Assembly: GCA_963751755.1 (NCBI GenBank)
Contig: CAVVVH010000007.1
Coordinates: 43,556-107,555 of the forward strand
Origin: Candidatus Dormiibacterota bacterium
GTDB lineage: Bacteria > Chloroflexota > Dormibacteria > Aeolococcales > Aeolococcaceae
Length of the DNA stretch: 64,000 nucleotides
Reading direction: 5' to 3'
In this document: one piece after another, positions 27,619 through 41,971 of the stretch
Layout: each line of letters begins with the position of its first letter
How positions within the stretch are numbered: the stretch's first letter is position 1
The notes under the pieces: model-generated
Databases searched by the model: none
Seen by the model: only the letters and a program-made list of their open reading frames with translations
Told to the model about the DNA's origin: nothing
Program-made: the position numbers and the translations under genes

Positions 27619-27829
27619 ATTCCCCTCGTGGTCGTCTTCCGCCTCGTGCTCGTCGTCACGGGTGCTGCGGGGCATGAGGACTGTGCGCACAACGATCCTC
27701 CGCGCGGTGACTCGACTCTCAGGCACCTCCAAGACAGGGCTGAGGGTTGTCTGAGGCGGCGGCTGCAAGCTGATCCCAGTCGAACCGAGCAGAAGGGTCT
27801 CGACGTCATCAGCAGAAGGGAGAACCCCA

Positions 27830-28075
27830 ATGACCACGGGAACACTGATCCTCAACATCGTGATGATCGCCGTCGCCACAGCGCTCGTTGCCATTCCTGC
27901 GGTGTTCATCCCGCACCGGCTCGACCGCGACATCCGGGTGCTCGACCGCGACATCCAGGGCCTCGATCGCGACCTCCGGGCGCGGACAGCCAAGCCCTCC
28001 GCGCAGCCGGCGCGCGGTCCCGTCGCCGAGGGCCGTTGGGCGCCCAAGCACCAGCGGAGCGTCGACGCCGCCTGA
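27830..28075 (+). CDS. Hypothetical small membrane protein with LDRDI heptad repeats
   Basis: An AAGGGAG RBS precedes the N-terminal TM segment LILNIVMIAVATALVAIPAVFI, followed by HRLDRDIRVLDRDIQGLDRDLRA. Confidence 0.6.
   Translation: MTTGTLILNIVMIAVATALVAIPAVFIPHRLDRDIRVLDRDIQGLDRDLRARTAKPSAQPARGPVAEGRWAPKHQRSVDAA
27920..27982 (+). repeat. Three tandem copies of a 21-bp unit (in-frame, coding)
   Basis: The copies are CTCGACCGCGACATCCGGGTG, CTCGACCGCGACATCCAGGGC and CTCGATCGCGACCTCCGGGCG. Confidence 0.9.
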
Positions 28076-28213
28076 CGGGCAATTCCCAGGGGCCGCGCCC
28101 GAGCACCGTCCCCAACCGGTGCCGCAGGGCGCGGCCTCGTTGTGCCCGGCCGGCCCGGCGCTGAGCTCGCCGCCTCCGCGGTGGCGACCCACCGCCCGAT
28201 AAACTCGGCCCGG

Positions 28214-29235
<1,022 letters not shown>

Positions 29236-29239
<4 letters not shown>

Positions 29240-29886
29240 GTGCCCCCACCCGCGTCGCGGTCCTGGCGTCGGGGACAGGGAGCAACCTCCGCGCGCTGCT
29301 CGATGCCGCACAGGCCGGCGAATTCCCCGCCGTGGTGGTGGTGGTGGTCAGCAACCGTGCGGAGTGCGGCGCCCTGGCGATCGCGCGCGAGCATGGGGTT
29401 CACGCGGTGTCGCTGCCGGTCAAGGCGTACGGAGGAGACGCTACCGCGCGCGACCGCGCCATCCTCGAGACGCTTCACGCCGCCCGCGTCGAGCTGGTCG
29501 TGTGCGCCGGCTACGACCGCGTGCTCAGCGATGACGTGCTCACCGCCTTCCCGGGCGCGATCCTCAACATCCACCCCTCCCTGCTGCCCGCGTTCGGTGG
29601 CGGCATGCACGCGGTCGAGGATGCGCTTGCGGCGGGGGTCAAGGTCACGGGCTGCACCGTGCACCTGCTCGCAGCCGGGGCCGTCGACGCGGGCCCGATC
29701 GTGCTGCAGGCAGCCGTGCCCGTGCACGAGGACGACGACGCGCACACTCTGCGCGCGCGCATCCACGAGCAGGAGTGGCGCGTGCTGCCCGAGGCCGTTG
29801 CCCTGTGGGCCACGGGGCGGCTCGAGGTCGACGGCTCCCGGGTGCGCATCCTCAGCAAACCGCGCCTGCACGAGGGGGTGCGTTGA
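29236..29886 (+). CDS. purN: Phosphoribosylglycinamide formyltransferase
   Basis: VAVLASGTGSNLRALLDA...LNIHPSLLPAFGG...GCTVH is present. There is an ATGA overlap with purM. Confidence 0.95.
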
Positions 29887-31412
29887 TGCGTGCGCTGCTG
29901 GGCGTCGCCGACCGCACCGGCCTGGTCGACTTCGCGCGGGGCCTGCGCGAGTGCGGCGTCGACATCATCGCCACCGACGGCACCCGCCGCGCTCTCGCCG
30001 ACGCGGGTATCGAGGCCACCGCGGTGAGCGACGTCACCGGCTTTCCCGAGATGCTGGACGGCCGCGTCAAGACGCTGCACCCCGCCATCCACGCCGGCAT
30101 CCTCGCCCGCCGCGAGCTCCCCGAACACATGGCCAAGCTCGATGAGCACGGCTTCACCGCGATCGACATCGTGGCCGTCAGCCTGTATCCGTTCGTCGAG
30201 ACAGTCGCGCGCGGCGCCGACGCGGCCACCACCATCGAGAACATCGACATCGGCGGCCCCACGATGATCCGCGCCGCCGCCAAGAACAGCGCGTCGGTCG
30301 CCGTGCTCGTGTCACCGGGGCAGTACGACGAGGTTCTCGCCGAGCTGCGCAAAAGCGGCGCCATCTCGCAGGCCACTCGCGACCGTCTCGCGGCGCGCGC
30401 CTTCGCTCACACCGCCGCGTACGACACGGCCGTGGCTGCGTACCTGAGCGGGCAGGTCGTGGAGTGCGAACCAGCCCCGCCCGAGTACACCACCGGTGGC
30501 CGGCTCATCGCCCAACTGCGGTACGGCGAGAACCCGCACCAGTTCGGGGCGCTGTACGCCATCCCAGGTGCGCCGGGCGGCGTCGCCCATGCGCGCCAGC
30601 TGCAGGGCTCGGCGCTCAGCTTCACCAACTGGCTCGACGTCGACGCCGCGCGCCGCCTGGCCTGTGATTTCGACGAGCCCGCCGCGTGCGTGATCAAGCA
30701 CACCAACCCCTGCGGCTTCGCGGTCGGCAGCGACGCCGCGGACGCATACCGGCGCGCGTTCGAGTGCGACCCACGCTCCGCGTTCGGCGGCATCGTCGCC
30801 ATCAATCGGCCGCTCGACGAGGCTACAGCGGAGGAGCTCGCCAAGACCTTCCTCGAGGCCGTGGTTGTTCCCGCGATCACCCCGGAGGCGGCGGAGCGCC
30901 TCGCGAGAAAGGAGAGGTTGCGCGTGCTCGTCGTGGAGAAGCCGTCGTGCGCGGCGCAGCTCGACGTGCGCAGCATCGACGGCGGCCTGCTCGTGCAGTC
31001 CCTCGACCGGGTCACCACCGATCGCAGTGCGATGTCTGTGCCCACGCAGCGCCAGCCCACCGACGCCGAGTGGCGCGACCTGCTGCTGGCGTGGCGGGTG
31101 TGCCGCCACGTCAAGTCCAACGCCATCGTCATCGTCAGGGACGGCATGGCTGTGGGTGTCGGCGCTGGTCAGATGTCGCGCGTCGAGGCCGCCGAGCTCG
31201 CCGTTCAGCGCGCCGGCGATCGGGTCGCAGGTGCGGTCGCTGCGTCGGACGCCTTCTTCCCGATGCCAGACGGCCTGGAGACCCTGGGCAGGGCAGGCGT
31301 CGCCGCGGTGATCCAGCCCGGGGGGTCGAAGAAAGACCCCGAGGTCACCGCTGCGGCTGACGCATTGGGGATGGCGATGGTCCACGCCGGGGAGCGCCAC
31401 TTCCGCCACTGA
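29886..31412 (+). CDS. purH: Bifunctional AICAR formyltransferase/IMP cyclohydrolase
   Basis: GRVKTLHPAIHAGILAR, ENIDIGGPTMIRAAAKN, LRYGENPHQ, IKHTNPCG and QPGGSKKD...HAGERHFRH are present. The start overlaps the purN stop. Confidence 0.95.
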   Translation: MRALLGVADRTGLVDFARGLRECGVDIIATDGTRRALADAGIEATAVSDVTGFPEMLDGRVKTLHPAIHAGILARRELPEHMAKLDEHGFTAIDIVAVSLYPFVETVARGADAATTIENIDIGGPTMIRAAAKNSASVAVLVSPGQYDEVLAELRKSGAISQATRDRLAARAFAHTAAYDTAVAAYLSGQVVECEPAPPEYTTGGRLIAQLRYGENPHQFGALYAIPGAPGGVAHARQLQGSALSFTNWLDVDAARRLACDFDEPAACVIKHTNPCGFAVGSDAADAYRRAFECDPRSAFGGIVAINRPLDEATAEELAKTFLEAVVVPAITPEAAERLARKERLRVLVVEKPSCAAQLDVRSIDGGLLVQSLDRVTTDRSAMSVPTQRQPTDAEWRDLLLAWRVCRHVKSNAIVIVRDGMAVGVGAGQMSRVEAAELAVQRAGDRVAGAVAASDAFFPMPDGLETLGRAGVAAVIQPGGSKKDPEVTAAADALGMAMVHAGERHFRH

Positions 31413-31445
31413 GCCGCCGCGGGAGCGGCCCGGCGGTTTCTTCTC
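31413..31445 (+). terminator. GC hairpin followed by a T-rich tract immediately after purH
   Basis: In GCCGCCGCGGGAGCGGCCCGGCGG, CCGCCG pairs with CGGCGG. TTTCTTCTC follows. Confidence 0.55.
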
Positions 31446-31528
31446 GGTGGCGCACTGGGCGTGCTTCCGCTACCGGCGCAGTCCCACCGGCTGAGTTTCC
31501 TCGCGCGTCGCAGGCGTCGGACCCGGCG

Positions 31529-31774
31529 TCAGCGGATCCCGCTCACCTCGTGGACGTCGCCGCAGTCGACGCCGAGCGCGGCATGGTGATCGCGAACGGC
31601 CTGCGCGTCGGGTGCGTCGAGCAGGCAGTACACCCTGCCGTCGGCGTTGTGATACAGCTCGACCTGCCGCACCCCGAACTGATCGGTCTGACCCGCGGCT
31701 GCGCCCTGGGCGATGTCGTCGATGGCCGCTTGCGGCAGCTTGAGGTCCGAGTGGAAGTCCATGAACTGGGGCAT
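31529..31774 (-). CDS. DUF4242 (SCO4226-like) small protein
   Basis: MPQFMDFHSDLKLP...VYCLLDAPDAQAVRDHHAALGVDCGDVHEV is present. A GGAGGAAAGGC RBS lies before the ATG at 31774. Confidence 0.7.
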   Translation of the reverse strand: MPQFMDFHSDLKLPQAAIDDIAQGAAAGQTDQFGVRQVELYHNADGRVYCLLDAPDAQAVRDHHAALGVDCGDVHEVSGIR

Positions 31775-31855
31775 GCCTTTCCTCCGATTGGGTCGAACGC
31801 CGGGTGATGGTACGTGTGCCTCAAGGGGCCACACAACTCGCCGTTCGGCACCAGC

Positions 31856-32687
31856 TCAGCCGGCGAAGGCGGTTGCCTCCTGCCGGCGTCCCTCGGTCGC
31901 GATGTCCATGAACCCGTACGTGCCCGCCTCGAGCAGCTCGCGCGCCGCGCGGCTCAGGGCGCCGAACGCGACGTGGCTGAACGCGCCGCCCACAGAGACC
32001 CGCGCGACGCCGGCCTCCGCGAGCTCGGCGACCGGCGGCAGGCCGGGCAGCGCCAGGACGTTGACCGGTCCGCCCACGGAATCGACGACGCGGCGGACCT
32101 CCTCGATGGTGCGCAACCCCGGGGCATACAGCACGTGGGCGCCGGCCTCGCGGTACGCGTGCAGCCGGGCGATGGTGTCGTCGAGGTCGGGATTGCCGCG
32201 GATGAGGTTCTCCGCCCGCGCGGTCAGCACCAGCCCGGGCTCGATCACGGCAGCCTCCACCGCCGCGGTGATGCGCTCGACGGCGAGGCTGATGTCGTAG
32301 ATGCCACCCCGCGCGTCACCGGAGTAGTCCTCGATCGAGCAACCGGCCAGCCCCGCGGCGGCGGCGGCCCTGACCGTGGCGTAGACGCTGTCGGGATCGT
32401 CGGCGAACCCGTTCTCCAGGTCGGCCGACACGGGGACGTGAACCGCCGCCGCCACGGCCGCGGCGTGGGCCAGGACCTCATCCCGGCTGACCGCGCCGTC
32501 GTGGCGGCCGAGAGTTGCCGCGAACCCGCTGCTGGTGGTCGCCAGCGCCTTGAACCCGAGCGACTCGACGAACTTCGCGCTGCCCACGTCCCAGGGGTTC
32601 GGCAGGAGAAGTGGCTGGCCGCGCCGGTGGAGCGCGAGGAAGTCCCCCGCCTTGCCGGCGAGCCGAGGCAGGGCCACCGGCCGAGTC
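31856..32687 (-). CDS. Isocitrate lyase/PEP mutase superfamily protein (methylisocitrate lyase/oxaloacetate decarboxylase-like)
   Basis: PLLLPNPWDVGSAKFVESLGFKALATTSSGFA...VSADLENGF...GCSIEDY are present. The GTG start at 32687 was chosen to give a typical ~277-aa length. The ORF is open up to an ATG at 32791. Confidence 0.75.
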
Positions 32688-33102
32688 TGACACGGATTGA
32701 CGACGGTCCGCCGTGCTCGGAGAATCCCGAGCACGCACGGGGGGTTTGCATGGGGCGCCGACAGGTGGCGGCCGCCGTTGTGGTGTGGCACTCGCTGCAG
32801 CTGGGTGCAACCGCGTCCGCGCAGGCAGCAGCCTCAGCTGCGCCCACCCGCGCACCCGCGCCAACGCCGCCCACACGTCCACCCACCAGCGGCGTGGGCT
32901 CCGTGACGCTCCGCACGTCAGCGTCTCACAGGACCCTCTCAGAATCGGCGCCGATCATCGAGACCACCGCCAGGTCGTACGACCCCTGGCGTCATCTTCA
33001 CGAAAGGTGCCGGATGGATGCTCCGTTTGCATCCCAACTGCGTATCAAGGAATAAGCAACCGCCCGGGGCGGTTTCAACCAACGACACAGGGACCCTCCA
33101 AG

Positions 33103-33507
33103 ATGTCCGCCCAACTGGCCGCCAACCCCATGAACCCGGACCTGATCGCCCGTGCCGGGCGCGAGATCTGGGATCGCCGGATCGCCTCGCTGCGCCGCCG
33201 CGTGGACGGGACGCGGATCCGCCGCCGGATCAAGGCGATCGACCAGCTGATCGACCAGCTCGAGGAGCGCCACCTCACCGGCGAGCGCTCGTTCGACCGC
33301 GGCCTGCGCCAGCGCCTCTACAGCCTCGAGGACGAGGTCGGCATCCCGCTGCCGCGCAAGGCGATCCGCGCCCGCAACACCGTCCGGCTGCACGCCGCCC
33401 TGCTCGACTGGCAGGAGACGCTGCTCGACTCCATGGTTCCCGAGCGCAAGCATTTCCCCGACGCCCACGACAACGATTGGGCGACGCCACACCCGGTCGG
33501 CTGGTAG
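33103..33507 (+). CDS. Hypothetical protein (134 aa, helical, Arg-rich)
   Basis: It has strong GC3 bias throughout and no recognisable motif. Confidence 0.5.
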   Translation: MSAQLAANPMNPDLIARAGREIWDRRIASLRRRVDGTRIRRRIKAIDQLIDQLEERHLTGERSFDRGLRQRLYSLEDEVGIPLPRKAIRARNTVRLHAALLDWQETLLDSMVPERKHFPDAHDNDWATPHPVGW

Positions 33508-33795
33508 CCCTCAGCGCCGAAAGACGCCGAGGCGGTCATCACCCTGCATCCGGCCCGGCGCATTGGAGCCCTGGGCTGGCTCCTTGCTCTTCAGACGCCC
33601 CCGGAGCAGGGTGACGACCGTCCCCGCTCAAGCCTCGCAGCCGGAGATCGAGCGACGGAAGTGGTGACCCACGAGGTCGAACTGCCGGGTCTGACCTCTC
33701 GCTGTCACCAGGTCGACCAGCGTTCGTCGCCCCCACCTGGACTTGGTTGCTGACGCCCGCCGTGGGCGGGGCGGGGTGCCCGCTGCCCCGGCTTG

Positions 33796-33815
33796 GCCCG
33801 CGAAGCGCCGCGGGC
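33796..33815 (-). terminator. 7-bp GC stem hairpin about 20 nt downstream of the DksA/TraR-like gene
   Basis: The hairpin is GCCCGCG-aagcgc-CGCGGGC. It is read on the minus strand just after the TAA stop at 33837-33839. Confidence 0.45.
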
Positions 33816-33836
33816 GGGGCAAGGGGCTCGCCGCCC

Positions 33837-34202
33837 TTAGCGGTTCTCGCGGTCGATCTTGGCCTGATCGTCGACGCAGTATCTCGCGGCCGGCATGGCC
33901 TCGAGTCTGCCGTCGGGGATGCTCTTGCCGCACACCTCGCAGACGCCGTACTTGCCGGCGTCGAGGCGTTCGATCGCGGCCTGCAGCTCGGTGAGCTCGC
34001 CGTCGACGCTCTGGAGCACGCCGAGGTCGAGCTCGCGCTCGAGGGTCTCGGTGGCCTGCTCGGCGGGGTGCTGGTCGGCGGTCGAGAGCTCGCCCTGGCT
34101 GGCCTCGTTGGCGGCCGTGCTCAGCCTGGAGGCGGCGTCGCGCACCTCCGTGAGGCGGTCGCGTTCCGCGTTGAGCCGCTCGCGGGCCTGTTCGGTGTCC
34201 AT
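33837..34202 (-). CDS. TraR/DksA family C4-type zinc-finger protein
   Basis: A coiled-coil N-terminus is followed by YGVCEVCGKSIPDGRLEAMPAARYCVDDQ, the CxxC-x17-C DksA-type finger. Confidence 0.85.
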   Translation of the reverse strand: MDTEQARERLNAERDRLTEVRDAASRLSTAANEASQGELSTADQHPAEQATETLERELDLGVLQSVDGELTELQAAIERLDAGKYGVCEVCGKSIPDGRLEAMPAARYCVDDQAKIDRENR

Positions 34203-34335
34203 GGTCTCTCCTGGGTTAGATCGGGCCGCGGCGGCGCCACATTGTCATCGCTGGGACGGGCAGGCGCAACTCCAGCCCAGTTGGTGGCGCCCGCCCATTG
34301 ACCCCATCGACTGACGCCGTTCATAATGCCTGACA

Positions 34336-34944
34336 ATGTCAGTTGAGATGCCGGTCAGGGACCGGCGTGCTGAGCGTTACGCGGCGACGCGCCGAGAGAT
34401 CCTTGACGCCGCCAGGGAACTGGTGCGCGCCGACGGCCTCGGCTCATTGTCGATGCGCGACCTCGGTGCCCGCGTCGGGATGCGCGCCCAGTCCCTGTAC
34501 GTGTACTTTCCGTCGAAGTTCGCGATCTACGACGCCCTGTTCGGTGAGTCCAACGTCGAGCTCCTGCGCCGGATCAACGAATTGCCGCCCACCCTTGAAC
34601 CATTCGAGGGGATGCGCGCGCGCGCTCACATCTTCCTGACGTTCTCCGTCGAAGACCCCGTCCGCTACCAGCTGCTCTTCCAGCGCACCATCCCCGGTTT
34701 CGAGCCGAGCGCGCAGGCGTACGAGCCGGCCGTGCGCCTCCTCGAGGAGTCGCGCCAGGCGATGTGTGCGTGCGGCATCACCGACGAGCGCGCCTTCGAC
34801 GCGTGGGTCGCCCTGATCGCGGGCCTCGCCGCGCAGCAGAACGCCAATGAGCCGGGCGGCGACCGCTGGGTCCGCCTCCTGGATGAGCTCACCGACATGT
34901 ACTTCGAGCACTACGCGCCGCCCACAAGGAGGAGGAAACCATGA
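34336..34944 (+). CDS. TetR/AcrR family transcriptional regulator
   Basis: TRREILDAARELVRADGLGSLSMRDLGARVGMRAQSLYVYFPSK is the TetR HTH. Confidence 0.9.
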   Translation: MSVEMPVRDRRAERYAATRREILDAARELVRADGLGSLSMRDLGARVGMRAQSLYVYFPSKFAIYDALFGESNVELLRRINELPPTLEPFEGMRARAHIFLTFSVEDPVRYQLLFQRTIPGFEPSAQAYEPAVRLLEESRQAMCACGITDERAFDAWVALIAGLAAQQNANEPGGDRWVRLLDELTDMYFEHYAPPTRRRKP

Positions 34945-35696
34945 TCAGCAGTGCACTTCCCGTGGAGGCCATTGCGCCACTCGCACACGACGAGGCCATG
35001 CGTCTCGCCACCGCGGAGTACGACAGGCTGCTTGCTCTCGTCGATGACCTCCGCGACGAGGAGTGGTCGCGACCGACTGACTGTGCCGGTTGGGATGTCA
35101 AGGCGATGCTGGCTCACATCGTCGGCATGCTCGAGTTGCAGGCGGACCCGCAGGAGCGCACCCGTCAGATCAGCGCCGCCGCGACGGCGGCCGCGGAGTC
35201 CGGCCGCCTTCGCCTCGATGCATTGACCGCGCTGCAGATCAGCGAGCGCGCCGCGTTCAGCACCGACCAGCTGCGCGCCGCTCTGCACGACGCGGCGCCG
35301 CGCGGGCTGGCCGCGCGTCGCGCCATGCCGCAGGCGATGCGCGACGCGCCGTACGACCCGCAGCTGCCCGGTGAATCCGGCTGGACGGTGGGCTACCTCT
35401 TCGACATCGTCCACACCCGTGATCCGTGGATCCACCGCGTCGACATCGCTCGCGCGACCGGCCGCCAGCCACAGCTCAGCGCCGACCACGACGGCCGCAT
35501 CGTCGCCGACGTCGTCGCGGACTGGGCAGGTCGCCACGGACAACCGTTCGCGCTCACCCTCACCGGCCCAGCGGGCGGCACCTACGTGGCCGGCCACGAT
35601 GGCGTCGACCTCCACCTGGACGCCGTCGAGCTCTGCCGCATCCTCTCCGGGCGTGAATCCGGATCCGGTCTCCTCTCCACCCGCGTCGTCTTCTGA
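34941..35696 (+). CDS. Maleylpyruvate-isomerase-family mycothiol-dependent enzyme (DinB-like, TIGR03083-type)
   Basis: EWSRPTDCAGWDVKAMLAHIVG... is present. It is ATGA-coupled to the TetR gene. Confidence 0.7.
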   Translation: MISSALPVEAIAPLAHDEAMRLATAEYDRLLALVDDLRDEEWSRPTDCAGWDVKAMLAHIVGMLELQADPQERTRQISAAATAAAESGRLRLDALTALQISERAAFSTDQLRAALHDAAPRGLAARRAMPQAMRDAPYDPQLPGESGWTVGYLFDIVHTRDPWIHRVDIARATGRQPQLSADHDGRIVADVVADWAGRHGQPFALTLTGPAGGTYVAGHDGVDLHLDAVELCRILSGRESGSGLLSTRVVF

Positions 35697-35727
35697 AGAA
35701 TCACCAACCGAGCAAAGGGAGCTGAAC

Positions 35728-36540
35728 ATGAACACCTTTCGAGTCGGCGCTGACGTCACGGTGTTTGCCGATCCCATGGAGGTGCCCGGGCTCGGCTTCC
35801 TCCCGGTGAACGCGTTCGTTTTGCACGCCAGGGAGCCGGTGGTCGTCGACACCGGTCTGAGCCTGCCGGACCGCGACTACGTCGCCACGCTGAGCGCGGT
35901 GATCGACCCCGCGACGGTGCGCTGGATCTGGTTGACCCATCCCGACCGCGATCACACCGGCGGCCTGTTCAAGCTCCTCGAGGCAGCCCCACAGGCACGG
36001 CTGGTCACCACCTTCCTCGCGGCGGGCATCATGTCGACGGAGAGGCCGCTGCCACTTCACCGCCTGCACCTCCTCAACCCGGGCCAGAGTCTCGATGTGG
36101 GCGACCGGACACTGCACGCGTTCCGGCCGCCGCTCTTCGACAGCCCGGTGACGGTGGGCTTCTACGACGACCGCTCGCACACCTGCTTCAGCTCCGATTG
36201 CTACGGCGCCCCGCTGGCCACAGCCGAGCTGGCCGGTGGACCGGACGTGCGTGAGGTGCCGAGCGACCAGCTGCGCGCGGCGCAGCTTCTCTGGGCCGCG
36301 GTGGACAGCCCGTGGGTGCACAACGTCGACCATGGCGCCTACATGAAGACGGTGCGCACCATCAGCGACGTCGACTGCTCCACCGTCCTGAGCACTCACC
36401 TGCCGCCGGCGATCGACCTCGCCGCGCAGCTCGAGGCGATGCTCGCCGAGGCGCCGAACGCCGATCCATTCGTCGGTCCGGACCAGGCGGCGCTCGAGGC
36501 GATGCTGGCCTCCTTCCAGCCGGTGGAAGCGGCGACCTGA
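35728..36540 (+). CDS. MBL-fold metallo-hydrolase
   Basis: VVVDTG... and [12 protein letters not shown] (an H-x-D-x-D-H variant) are present. The ATG at 35728 follows AAAGGGAG. Confidence 0.75.
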   Translation: MNTFRVGADVTVFADPMEVPGLGFLPVNAFVLHAREPVVVDTGLSLPDRDYVATLSAVIDPATVRWIWLTHPDRDHTGGLFKLLEAAPQARLVTTFLAAGIMSTERPLPLHRLHLLNPGQSLDVGDRTLHAFRPPLFDSPVTVGFYDDRSHTCFSSDCYGAPLATAELAGGPDVREVPSDQLRAAQLLWAAVDSPWVHNVDHGAYMKTVRTISDVDCSTVLSTHLPPAIDLAAQLEAMLAEAPNADPFVGPDQAALEAMLASFQPVEAAT

Positions 36541-36565
36541 TCGGCCCGTTGGGGCTGGCGCCGGC

Positions 36566-38758
<2,193 letters not shown>

Positions 38759-38762
<4 letters not shown>

Positions 38763-40233
38763 TTCGTTGCCTCGAGGAGGAACCCGAGCGGTACCGGCAC
38801 CCACGAGGGGCGGTGGGCGAGCTCGTAACCCACCTCGTAGATCGCCTTCTGGATCTCGAACGCGCGACGCAGGGTCAGCGCCGCGCCGGGATCGGGCATG
38901 AGCACGGTGTCCGCGGTGCGCTCGACGTACGACGCCCAGAACGCCTCGCGATTGGCAGCGGCCCAGCTGAGGCCGTGCGCGCGCACGTGCTCCCACGCCT
39001 GGTCGGCAGGGGTGAGGCGCTCGAGAAGGGCCACCGACGCGGCGTAGTCGAAGCTGCGCAGCATGCCGGCGACATCGCGCAGCGGCGAGTGGCGGCGCCG
39101 GCGATGCTCGACGGGACGGCGCGGCTCCCCCTCGAAATCGAGCACCGTCCATCCGGAGTCCGTGCGGAGCACCTGGCCAAGGTGGTAGTCACCGTGGATG
39201 CGGATGGCCAGGCCCGGCTGGCGCAGCGCCCTGATGCTGTCGAGGCGCGTCTCCAGGGCGGCGCGGTGGTCGGGCAGCTCCTGGAGCGACTCGCCGCCGC
39301 GCGCGATGAGCGCGTCGAGCTCGGCGCGCACCTCGTCAGCCCACTGACCGAGGTCCTGCGGGGTGATCGGCTGGGGAGCGAGGTCCGGACCGGTTGCGGC
39401 GGCGAGCGCGAGGTGCATCTGGGCGGTGATGTCGCCCAGGCGCGCCGCCTCACCGGTGAAGCTGCCCCCGGCCTCCTCGACTGTCTGGGTGCGCTGGGCG
39501 GCGTCACCGGGCACGTGCTCCTCGGCGTCCGCGTACAGGTCGCGCAGCGACGTCAGCGCAAGCGTCCAGCCCTCGGTGCCGTTGTGGAGGAAGGGTTGCG
39601 CCATCGCCAGCAGCGCGCCGTGGGGCCGGTCCTCGCGTTCGTAGTGCAACCAGGCCAGCGCCGGTGCAACGTGGTCGAAGCCGGCCTCGGCGAGAGCCCT
39701 GGTCATCTCCAGCTCGACAGATGGCTCGAAGGTCAGCTTGCGCATCACCTTGAGCAGGTGCTCCCCGCCCACCACCAGCGACGTGTTCGACTGCTCGCGC
39801 GCCAGCGGGGCGATGTCCGGCGTCGACGCGTCGAGTCCTCCGCCGCCGGCCGACAGGCGCCCGTTGCGCAGCTGCACGGTCTGCCCGGCAGCAAGGATCC
39901 TCCACAGCGGTGCGGAGCTTCTCGCGTCGGCAAGGGCGTCGAAGATGAGGGTGTCGTCGTCCTCGTGGATGACTGCCGCGGGATCGCTCGGCCTCACGCC
40001 GCCGGGCTCGCTCAGCGCCACCGGAACGTTGTACGTGGCCTCGGTGGCGTCATCGTGCTCCACGGTGGCGATGCAGATGGCCACATCGGGCGCGCCGCCG
40101 GCGACGAGTGAGAGCTCGTCGCAGCGGACCGTGCGGATGGCCTGTCCGCCGCCGTACCAGCGCTGGCGCGGCAGCCACGACGCCAAAGCCTCCTCGAGGT
40201 TGGCGCGCATCGCGTCGACGTCGACGGTCCCGT

Positions 40234-40237
<4 letters not shown>
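38759..40237 (-). CDS. mak: Maltokinase (Mak/Pep2)
   Basis: [10 protein letters not shown]..., [17 protein letters not shown] and [15 protein letters not shown]...[10 protein letters not shown] are present. There are 4-nt overlaps with treS (upstream) and glgB (downstream). Confidence 0.9.

Positions 40238-41967
<1,730 letters not shown>

Positions 41968-41971
<4 letters not shown>

Noticed and set aside
27920-27982. A short tandem repeat considered as a CRISPR-like array.
   Set aside because: The units are contiguous with no spacers, in frame, and inside a small ORF. No cas genes are present.
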